Positions 31,401 to 43,400 of a DNA stretch of 64,000 nt are shown piece after piece; position 1 is the stretch's first letter, and each line of letters begins with the position of its first letter. Source of the DNA: Saccostrea echinata (lineage: Eukaryota); assembly GCF_033153115.1 (NCBI RefSeq), contig NW_026889803.1:33232001-33296000 (forward strand), given 5' to 3'. Made by a program: the position numbers and the translations under genes. The notes below the pieces were generated by a model. It saw nothing but the letters and a program-made list of their open reading frames with translations, was not told the origin of the DNA and did no database searches.

Positions 31401-34400
31401 CAATTTATTTGCATTAAATAGGAAAGAAGACGAAAATGACGATATTCCGTCTTTTTTCAAAATGGAGGGTCTGGGCGCACTGAAATATCTCGCTTGTTTT
31501 ACGGGGCGCACTACTTTTTTATGGCTTTAACTTTTTGTCGAGACTTTTCTCTACAAGTACGTATTCTTCCAGACGGTGTACTATATGTTTTTATAGGGCT
31601 AAAAGCCATGTAAAAATGGCGAATTAGTTCTACCAAAATTCGACATTTTACCGCTAAATAATAACTTTCACCTTCCATGTTGATGTTCTAACGCACGTGG
31701 TCGGCAGTAATTAGTGACCCGGATGAAATGAAACTTGTGTAAACACTCTTCTTTCAGCGGTGAATTCAAATTTCGCTTTTATGTAACCAGGATAGAAGAA
31801 TTAAGTTGAAAAAGAAAATATGATGATAGTAAGTCATATTGACAAAAATGACGAAAATACGTACTTAGTAAATATGACGATTATCCATCATTTTTCACAA
31901 ATGACGGATTTCAGTCTCACCCCTGACTGGTAATCACTCTTATGTACATATCAAAGTGAATTTAGTTTTTAGACGGGGTCACGTGACCCCGTCTATTAGT
32001 TTACTGTCAGTCGAGGCCTCAAAACGGAAGCCGTGGGGAGAACACATGAATTTAATCTACGCTACATGAAAGAGTGCAGAAATTGTTTTGATTAAAATAC
32101 TAACACTCTGTATCAAACTAAAGAGAGCCATATGAAGTTTTTCTTACTCAAATTAAAGAACCGTTTTGAAAATTTTTAACGTGAAAAACATAATACTGAA
32201 CCACTTTAGTATACAAACTACTCGGCTGTGTAATACAAGACTGCGTACGCATCATCGATTATTTACTTCCCGAAATGTCATATTAATTCGGACCCAGTGA
32301 CATTCGGACAATTCAAAAAGGTTTCTTGACTAGCGGTTACTGATTATTCTATTACAGCGTAAAAGAAAATAAATGTGCAGATAAATTTGTTCACATTTTT
32401 TTTAAATGTTAATATTAAATTATAAAAAAAATATATATAATTTAGTATCAAAGCTCTACATAAAATTTTCAACATGCTGTTGCACATGCATGTGTAAAAT
32501 AGTGAAGTTAAGTATTTGACCCCGTCTTTCAGTACTGTATCAGTACTTTGATTAGAGATTGTAGCTGAAATAAGTGACTTTTATAGTTTGAGGGTAAACT
32601 AAGCAGTCATAATTTAGGTTATAGTCATAGAATGAAATTATATTCAACAAATACTGCTGTACCCTAATAGGTATTTCTTCACACAGACATGAGATACTGA
32701 CACTTGTTTATTAATCCCCTACCGGTGAAACCAGAGGGGACTTTGTCTGTTTGTCCATCTGTCTAGCTGTTAGTTTGTTTGTCAGTCTGTCCCACTTGGT
32801 TTTTCCTCACTTTTTTTCTAAATGCTTGCAGATATTGAGCTGATTTTTGAGCTTGATAAGTTACAGATTGATTTTGCACCGCTTCAGTGATTTTTTGATG
32901 GAATTACAGCTTTTTCAATTCTTAATGGGAAGCAGATTACACTTACCAGTAGGGGACCAGTATTGCTAATGCATTACTAGCAGAATTCTTATTTGTGGGC
33001 TGAGAATCACTCTGATATGAAGTCAATCTGTATCTGACTGTGCTGTGTTTATTTGTAGCCTGAGAATCATTCTGAAGTCAATCTGTATTGGACTGTGCTG
33101 TGTTTATTTGTAGCCTGAGAATCACTCTGATATGAAGTCAATCTGTATTGGACTATACTGTGTTTATTTGTAGGCTGAGAATCACTCTGATACGAAGTCA
33201 ATCTGTATTTGACTATACTGTGTTCATTTGTAGGCTGAGAATCACTCTGATATGAAGTCAATCTGTATTTGACTATACTGTGTTTATTTGTAGGCTGAGA
33301 ATCACTCTGATATGAAGTCAATCTGTATTTGACTATACTGTGTTCATTTGTAGGCTGAGAATCATTCTGATATGAAGAGAGTCAATCTATATCTGACTGT
33401 ACTGATTACATTCACGAGTGCAGGAGGATGGAAGATTCTCAAGGGAAAACTGGGTAATGATAAAACATGTGACTCATATATTGAATGGGATATAGAAATC
33501 AATTGGTTGTAAAGTGAATGAGGTTTTTTAACTGAATGGTAGATTTACATTTTTACCAAAGAATTCTTTTTTGCATTTAAAAATTTCTTTTGCGATGTTT
33601 GAAAATTTCCTTAGGCAAAAATTTATTTGTTGCAAGGAAACATTTTTGTCATTCAAATTAGTGGAAATTACAACTTCAAATTTCAATGAACAAATGACAG
33701 TTTTAAAGCACACTTTAACTTCTGTGACCTTTTTAAAGTACCCCATCCCCTGATTTTCCATCTTTTTTTCTCAGGAGAGACACTAACACCAGGAATGAAT
33801 CAGCTGTGTAACAATATAATGGGCCATCTTAATACAAAGGGATTATATCCAGTGTTAAAGGTACCTTTATAAAATAGAAGCATTGAGTGAATACCGTAAA
33901 TCTGGAAATTTTTACGTCGATTTATTTTTGCGAATCTGGGTCAAAGAGGTGTTGATTAATTTTTACGTTTTAAAATTTTGCGAATTATCATTGGCGCTAA
34001 AAATAAAAATCACTGAAACGTTGCATAACAGTTTATAAGTTACGTATGTGCGTACAATGAAGTACGCTTATACATGCAATCTCATTTTTTCGTCGGAGTT
34101 TCATTATACAGTTATTATAGAGTAAGTTCTTTATTAACAATCTGTCGAGCTAAGGATTCATTGTTAGATAAAACAACTGGCCTTTCTTTCTTAAATAACT
34201 TAAAAAGAGACCGACGGGCTGTCAAACTATCAGACGGTATTGAATGTAGTTAAGGCACAGATTATCACGGGTAATTAGCTTGTAGTATAAACATATTTCT
34301 TAAAATGACCACTGATTACGAACACCTGCTCACCGGGTTTTAAAAAAGACACCAAATATCAGCAAAATTCTCGTTTAAATTTTTTGTGCTGATTTATTTT

Positions 34401-37400
34401 TAAGAAAAATACTTTTGCGAATGAAGTGCTCGCGCAAATTTGCTAAAAATTAATCTACAGTAAAAATTTCCAGATTTACGGTAAGTCTATTAATTATTTT
34501 CAGCTGATGCAGATTTAATTTTTACTGGAGATATTGTTTTTCCTGGTACATGTAGAAGGATTTATCTTTTATTGTGGCTTTAAGATAACGTTTCTCTTTC
34601 CATACATCCGTTTGAAAGTTTTTCAAATCACAAATCTTTCCTAGTAATAACTACATGTTTGAAGCCTTGACTGGGATAAATTCAAGCTTTAGTTTGCAGT
34701 ACACATCAATGTGTGCATTCATGTTTTAATTAAATATTAATCTGAAATTTTGTTCTCTATTTTTAGGGACTTTTAGCACAAGGATTATCAAGGACAAAGA
34801 TTTTGTTTAATTCTTCTACTCTTTCTGCTATTGTCAACCTGTCTCTGAGGTAAGTCAGAAACAAAGAATCTGTTACTTATTTTGGAGTAGTGGTTTGAGA
34901 AATGCTGATTAACAATGAAGAAAACATATTTTACTGAAAAATTGATGACTCCCCTCCAAAATGTGAAGACTTGATAAGATAAGTATTAGAGTTAATGGAG
35001 AGGGTAAGATATGTTTACTGAAACAAAGTTTTTTCGGAATAAGAAGAAATTTACAATTGAAATCTAAGTTAAAGAAGCCAAAAGAAAATAGTTTCTATGT
35101 ATCATGAGTGTGTTGATGTAAATAACATTTCATACTTTCAGGCCTCTGATTGCCTCCAACTTCTCAGAGAATCTGATGACTGTATTTGTCCTTCACATCA
35201 TGTCGGTACCAGCTCTTCTTCATCATGTGGCTGTCAGTTCAGGGGAGGTAATTAATATCATAATATCTGTTCTTATACTTAGTTATTTCCCTTTGCTCTT
35301 CATGTTTTTGTATAGATATTTTGACCATTCTTATAATGGAAGAAAGTGATGCCACACATCTATAACCTGTAATAAAACAATGCTAAGATTTATGCATTTA
35401 ATGGTTTGGGATTTTTAGTCTTTTGCACTAGTAGGTAACTTCTGTTATAAACACAGTAATATTTACATAGGTTAGTAATAATCCATATATTCAGGGTTTG
35501 AGTAGTGTTTGATGTGAATATTTGTTCTTCTATCTTTTATGTGGAAAGAAGAAAGAAAAAAAAAGATGACTCACCGTAAGTCATCTAAATAAAATATAGG
35601 TTGATTTCAAGTATTTACTTGTAGTTCATGTATGCAGGGGAAAAAAACTTCAAATTCCTTTATGAGGTTTAAGATTATTAAATATAAGTGAGAGTTAGTT
35701 ATGGCTTCATGTGTCCTCTGGGGCACGGAGAGGATAAGTAAGTAGTGACAGTCAGTTGTAGAGGAATAATCCCCATAAGCATGCTTATGACAAAAAACTC
35801 ATATGGCAGAAAATATTCTACAGGATCATGACCACTTCTGCAACCATGAAAATTTACAATGGTAGACGGTGTATTGGAATTTATTTTAAATTTTTGGATT
35901 CTAATTTTCAGTGCCTAAATGTTCTCATTACTCATCGTATCTTCAAACGAGCCCTTGATTTGCTGACCAATGAACAGAGCACGAGGATAATCTTTAATTC
36001 GTTGGAAGGAAGCTATGCACTGTGTCTACTAGGTATTGTTGTCATATAAAATATAAAATAAGTAGTTAAATGCAATTTCCTTGTCTATGATAAAATAGGA
36101 AAGTTATTAAATTTCTATGGTTATAATACGAGGGGTGATCAAAAAGTTCGCGAACTAATTTAATAACTTCCTTAAAAGAAATGAAATGAGGTTTCAGTGT
36201 TCATTATTTTTTAAAGTGGTTCTCTCTGATTTTAATGCGCATCTGCCATTGTTCTGCCCATGCGCGAATCACGTGATCAAGGCGGTCACGTGACATGACC
36301 CGTAGCAGTCTGTTCACAGAAGCTAAAAAAAATTTCGAGTCTTATATTTCTTACCATGTAAGTTATTTTTTATAACAAGAACAGCCCATCTGTCAGAAAT
36401 TGACAAATCTCGGCAATAGGATAGGTGGATAAGGATATCCCTTGCCAGAATTAACATGGTGACCATCACAACCCGAGTCCTCTGTCTTGGGAGCGTTGTT
36501 TATCCAATGTGGATAAAGTATGGATGCCTTCTCTTTATCATATCTCATATGTTGAAAGTCTAAAGTAAACGATATTTTAGGGATTTAATAATCATATTAT
36601 TGTTAAGATATTCAACTATTTTTCTAATCGTAACTTGGCGATGTTTCATAACGAATTGCTCAACTACGGACACATCTTTTCCCCGGCTTGCTTTCGCTGG
36701 GCAACAGAACAAACATTATTTTTAACCATCTCCCTGCCTTCACTAAAATAATCAATCTAATTAATGATTGGACTTCTGGTAAGTCTATTGTCTTCATAAA
36801 CCTTGTACAAATTATCATATTCTACCGCAAAGGAATTTCCAAGATATAACGTTAAACTTCACAGCCCTTCGTTTCTCTAGTACGACTGAGTCAACCATTT
36901 TTTGTCACAAGTCACCTATATATTGACATCATTTTCACTTTGTAATGTCACAAACACCCAGCAAAATATTATTTAACATTTGTTATTTATAGAACATGTG
37001 TATGACTATATGTTTGTCAAATTTCATTCTGATCTGAATTGTGGTTTTGTAAATATTGAGATAGTTTGCGAACTTTTTGATCACCCCTCATACATGTAAA
37101 TGAATTTAATAGATACAGTCAAACCTGTGTTAGATGACTTATTGAGGGGAATGTTTTACATAGGTTACAGACAAGTATGACAAATGGTAAGTTAAGATAG
37201 GTACATGTATACACATGTATAACCATGCTCCAAAGTAATCATTAGATAAAAATGGAAGGAGCAGATTAGAAAAAGGAAAATAATTGTGATGATTCTTTTG
37301 TGTCACGTGACAAGAGACATTTTATACAGTGGGTCACTAAGGCAGGTCTGACTGTAAATAGCCATTAGGCATGCAGTTTTTCCTCTCACCATACAAGTAT

Positions 37401-40400
37401 GCCATATAAACTGGAAAATTCATGATAGTAAATAAAAAACTTTTTTTTTTTCTGAAGGCTTGTATTTGATAATAAATACTTTTTTTTAACTTTCAGCAAA
37501 CTTGGTTGGTTTAGGAATGGCTGAATTAGAGGTATGTAAGAACTTTTATCATTCATTGCATATATTATGTACTTGACTCCAAGTACTGATTTACATTTTT
37601 GGAACAAACCGACCATTGCATTTGAATTCTTTTTTTCAGGGACTGGTTGAAAATACTCAGAATTTTATGGTGAGTTTTGCCAATAACTCTATATGAAGTG
37701 ATAAATGTCAACTCTGCATGCAGATATTATATGCTAAGATTTTTTTGTAACTCTTAGTCTGTGGTCATTCGGCTACTGGACAGCTGCAAGAAGTATGTCC
37801 TCAACAAGAAATCCAATCTGACCAGTTGGCATCTTATCCTTGGCTGGTTCTCACAGAAATCTGATGAAAGGTACCTTAATTTAAGAAAATTGTGTGGTTT
37901 AATTTTTTGAGATTTGGTCATTTTATTAGATTAATGTTCATTTAAATATTTGTATTTTTAAAATTTTTGGAATTCTTTTCAAATATTTTAATACATGAAT
38001 TTTTTTTTACTGTGATTTTGATTGAATAGCAAATTTTACCAAAGAAAATGTACAGCAGATCTTACCCTTGTATAGTTTTTAAGACAATTGATGAAACATT
38101 GTTTTGATTAATTTGTGTGTCTACTGAAAATGCTTGTATCTGTACCATTAAATAACTTTACAGCTTGAATGCAGCAATGCCACATGTAAAGGAGCAGATC
38201 AAATTGCTGTGGTCAGAGAAAATGATAAGAATTCTTTTTTCTGACCTTCTGGCATATGTAGAGGCAGAGAAAGAGCAGGCTGTAGCAAAGAAGGAACCCT
38301 CTCCCTCAAAAAGTAAGGAACCCTCTTTCTCAAAAAGAAAAGGACTCTCTTACTTAAAAAGTAAGGGACCCACTCCTCAAAAAATAAGGGACCCTCTCCA
38401 TCAAAAAGTAAGGAACCCTATCCCTCATAAAGTAAGGGACCCTCTCACTCATAAAGTAAGGGACCCTCTCCCTTAAAAAGTAAGGGACCCTCTATCTCAA
38501 AAAGTAAGGGACCCTCACCCTTATAAAGTTAGCGATCCTCTCCCTCAAAAAGTAAGGGACCCTCTCCATCAAAAGGTAAGGAACCCTCTCCATCAAAAGG
38601 TAAGGAACCCTCTCCCATATAAACTAAGGGACCCTCTCCATCAAAAAGTTGGGAACCCTCTCCTTCATAAAGTAAGGGACCCTCTCCCATATAATGTTAA
38701 GAACCCTCTCCCTCAAAAAGTAAGGGACCCTCTCCCTTATAAAGTAAGGAACCCTCTCCCTCAAAAAGTAAGGGACCCTCTCCCTTAAAAAGTAAGGGAC
38801 CCTCTCCCTCATAAAGTAAGGGGCCCTCTCCATCATAAAGTAAGGGACATTCTCAATTATAAAGTTAGGGACCCTCTCTATCAGAAAGTAAGGGACCCTC
38901 TCCATCAAAAAGTAAGGAACCCTCTCCCTCATAAAGTAAGGGACCATCTCCCTTATAAAGTAAGGGACCCTCTCCCTCAAAAAGTAAGGGACGCTCTCCA
39001 TCAAAAATAAGGAACCCTCTCCTTTATAAAGTAAGGAACCTCTCCATCAAAAAGTAAGGAACCCCCTCCCTTATAAAGTAAGGGACCCTCTCCATCAAAA
39101 AGTAAGGGACTCTCTCCATCATAAAGTAAGGAACCCTCTCCATCAAAAAGTAAGGAACCCTCTCCATCAAAAAAGGGACTCTCTCCCTTATAAACTAAGG
39201 GACCCTCTCCCTCATAAAGTAAGGGACCCTCTCCATCAAAAAAGGGACCATCTCCCTTATAAAGTAAGGGACCCGCTCCCTCATAAAGTAAGGAACCCAT
39301 CATCAAAAAAGGGACCATCTCCCTTATAAAGTAAGGGACCCTCTCCCTCATAAAGTAAGGGACCCTCTACATCAAAAAAGTAAGGGACTTCATTCATACT
39401 ATATTCTTATCATTTTGAACCCAGTGACAGCACTGCATGAGGATTTTTCATGGAAGTCTTGAGAGTTCCTTAAATAAAATTTGTAAGACAGCTATTAGTT
39501 CGTTATGTGGGATGTGTACAATGTAGACATCAATAGTCGTTGATTATCCTCCCATTGAATTTAAAGTGCAATGATTGAATGTCTCATCATTGCTCCATGT
39601 GTGTCTAGCAAAGGGCCTGTGGTTATTTCACTTAATATGGGATTCATGCCTGAATGTTACATAAATTCAAGCACTACCCAAAGCCATAGTTAGAAACATA
39701 AGAATGCATTATGTAGTATTTTTATTCAGTTTTTTATAATTTACAAGACAGCTCTCAAAGAGAAATGCTTGAAATATTTTTCACTGTAAGATTTAGAAGA
39801 AAACATTTGAACAAAAGGAATATTTTAAAGCATGCTAGTAAATACTATAGGTTTATGACTATTTTACAGACATATTAAAGAAAGCCATAGAAAAGGCCTC
39901 CTCTAAATCAACAGCTACCAAGATAAAGCTGGAGAGTCCGCTGGCCAAGACGACGTGTTACACGTGTGCCCTGTATCAGATAATGATGAACACACTCACT
40001 CAGCTTAGAATGGACATCCTCTCAGGTCTGTCTTGGGAGTTTTATCAATAAGTAATCAAACTTAACCAAACTAAAAGAGGTGTAAGGAAGAATAATGGAA
40101 AATATTTATTCTCTTTGTAACATTTTAAGAGATGAGCTCCGATTTGAGATACAAGTATAAATAACAATAATTGTAGAGAAATTTTATTGTAAATGAAATC
40201 AAGTTAATATCTGTTCTTTTGTCTTGTTTTTTAGTTTGAACAATATCCCATTAATATGTTCAATGATTGGTTAATTCTCAACAGGTATAAGTTATAATCA
40301 GGTGCTGTTACCAGCTTTGTGGAAGTTCCTCTGTGACCTTGGCCCAAACTGTGGCCTTAAGGTGTTTATTGACCTTTTGACCCAGACCCCCAACAGTGTC

Positions 40401-43400
40401 ATACACCCAGTGTTCAGCCTGTTGACTGTATTCTGTGAGGCTGCTACTCATTATATCATGTAAGTGCTATCATTATATCATGTAAAACTGCTATCATTAT
40501 ATCATGTAAATGCTATCAATATATCATGTAAATGCTATCATAATACCATGTAAGTGCTATCATTATATCATGTTAGTGTTATCATTGTATCATGTAAGTG
40601 CTATCATTACTCGTAAATTTTATTTCTGGTGTTTACAAATATGATTTTTCATTAGGTACATATACATGTAATGCTTACATGCTTTGTACATGTACTTTAA
40701 ACCAAGCTTTATATGCCAAAACTTTTATTTGTGATTCGTTGTTCTGAAATTCATCCCTGATGACTCATTGTTGTGACTGAGACAATTTTCTACATATATA
40801 CACAATTAAAATAAAGGTTAGCATTGAGAAATAGAAAAATATTTCTCACACAGGAATAGGAGTTGGTTTACAGTATATTACAAGGAAAGTGATATATTGT
40901 GTTTGAGTTCATTATTTTCATTTTTGTCTTTTGTATGCTTGGAATCTATATCCTTGAAAAGTGTTCAACTGTTAGGAAATATCTACCAACCAAAATAAAT
41001 TAAAATATCACATATATTGTTGAATTGTCTATATCTCTCTTAAACAATGTAGAACACTGGACGATATGGAGATGTATGAACAACAGAAGATGTTTACACT
41101 GGATGACTACATCAGAATGAGCAAGTTTCTTAATTTATTTGTGTACAGAGTCACCTGGCACAATCTCATAGGTAAAGATTTGTGTTAATTGAGCTAATAA
41201 CAGAAAACAATGAAGTTTATTTATATTATATAGAATAAGTATCATAATTTTCAAAAGGAAACCTTGCAGCCATAGATAAATTATTCTATCCTGGTTTTGA
41301 TTAATATTATTAGCTATCTTCGTACCCTGTATTTGTTTGATGTAAATGTATGAGTACAGTATATAAATGGTGTCTGTTTTGGAAGGTAACAGTTAAAATT
41401 GACACCCCAAAGAAAACCATTGTCAACCAACGTGTCAGTGGAGGTTGACAATGGTTTTCCAAGGGTGTCAATTTCAACTGTTACCCTCCTAAACAGGCAC
41501 CATTTATTTTATTATACTGAATGTCTTATTGACTTAGGATGTCAGCAAAAAAAATTCATCGATCGTCTTTACGTTCATGTTTAGAAAGCTTTCGAACTTC
41601 CCACTTCTATTTTTCTCAAAAGAAAGATTTGAAAAAGATGTACCGACCTCTTTATTGTTTGTTTGATACTCAAAGAGTCCTTTATCATCTAAAGTTTCAT
41701 AAATTCTGCACTCGCAAGCATGTTTCGTCTGTCCTTTGTTGTTTTCAAGTTAGCTACATTGAATGCAAGCTTTCATTGACATCAAGTTTATTTGACTTTT
41801 TCAAATGCACAACAGACGTTTTGAGAATTCTACGATGAACCGTACGCGCATGAAATGCACGCATGTAACATTTTCATTGTGTTACCCGTTGTCAAGTCTG
41901 TTGCTAATGCTGAGGGTAACATTACGGATCATTAACTGCATCTAAACCAATCAGATTTTAGTATTTAACATGAAAGTATAATAATAGTTAATGTTTCACT
42001 CTGATCAGATTTAAGGAGTGTAGAGAGTGGAGAGTCTGACGTTTATAATGCTACACACAACCTCTTGCTTCTGTTGTATGAGAGGGACTGTAGACGGCCA
42101 TACGCTGAAAAGGATCATTGGCTCAACAGGTCAGTTCACAGGAAATAAAAAGCACAAAATAAATGTTACCCAAAATTTTCCCAATGAATTTCATGCAGGA
42201 AAAAAACACGTGAATCTGACATGAAAGTTTTTTTTTTAATTTGTTTCAAACTTTATGCGAGTTTTTAGCAAAAAAAATCTATTCATTTGAAATTTCACTG
42301 CTGCACAATTAGTTGTGTGTAGCAGTAAAGCATTTTTGGAAAAAAAAAGTTTGCCCTTTCAATCAATATTACCAAACTCTTTAGATTTTCTTCAGTGCTC
42401 TAAGTCTGATTAGTGGAGAAAGTGCAATCTGGAGTTATTCTTATATGTAATGTTGTTTTTATTTGGTTGCAGAGACATCAAACCTAGTGCATTCCTTAAA
42501 GATTCAGACAGAGACAGAGCTATGGAGGTGTTGGTGAAGAAAACTCCTTTTATCATTCCATTTGCAGAGGTAATGCAATGAGGAGGTCTAAAAATTCTTG
42601 ATACATTCAACAATTGTCTTGATGAATCTTTAGTTTTGCTTACTCAGGTCATTTTTATTTTGTTTTTAGATGATATTGAAACAGATGAATTTTGTTACCT
42701 TATGAATTTCTATGTATTGGCATATACTCTATTTGTATTGCCCTAATTTCAAATTGAGATTCATAAGAGAATTTGCTGGTGTTATTATATGAATATGTTT
42801 AAAGTTGCAAAGAACGGTATTTCCCAGAATATGCTTTAAATCAACTGAGCACCATCTTTAATTTTTAGAGAAATTTTGAAAACTTAACCCATTCCTGATT
42901 ACTTGTAGAGAGTGAAGGCCTTCAGACACAGAGTACGATTGGAGAAGGAGAGTCTGGGATTGACAGAATCAGCGGCCATTTCTCCTCAGTCCACACTCAT
43001 CACCGTTCACAGAAATAGGGTAGTGGAGGTCAGTACTGGGTCATGTCAAGGATTTATACAAACATAGTAGACAAGTGAACCACAGCAAATAATTTACCAA
43101 ACACAGAAATTAGAGACTGTTGTAGTTACATCAAGATATTGTGTATTTCCCATGTAGTACCAGGGGAGTCTGAAGTATTTATTGCTAAAAAAAAAAAAAG
43201 AAACTGGAAAAAAAATTCCACTCTACTAGAAGAGTGGAATATTTTTTTTCTGGTATTTTTTTTTTACAATAAAAACCAACTCCTGTGGAAGCACAAAAAA
43301 AGATTATTTCATTTAGATTAAACACTGGCTTTAGATTATCAATGCAAATTCTTTTTAACATAGCAAATTAGATGAGTCACAGTCAATACATGTACTATAA

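Noticed and set aside
32989-33404. CRISPR-like regular array and the 84-aa minus-strand ORF 33067-33321
   Set aside because: Contiguous tandem units with no unique spacers, eukaryotic context and no cas genes; the ORF is a repeat artefact.
37497-37669. Very short UBE3B exons (35 and 30 nt) as alternative or novel exons
   Set aside because: Canonical splice sites, and they fit the contiguous protein; ordinary constitutive small exons as far as the sequence shows.
38624-39351. Minus-strand ORFs of repeated RERVPYF peptides
   Set aside because: They are translations of the 24-bp donor minisatellite; no independent gene signals.
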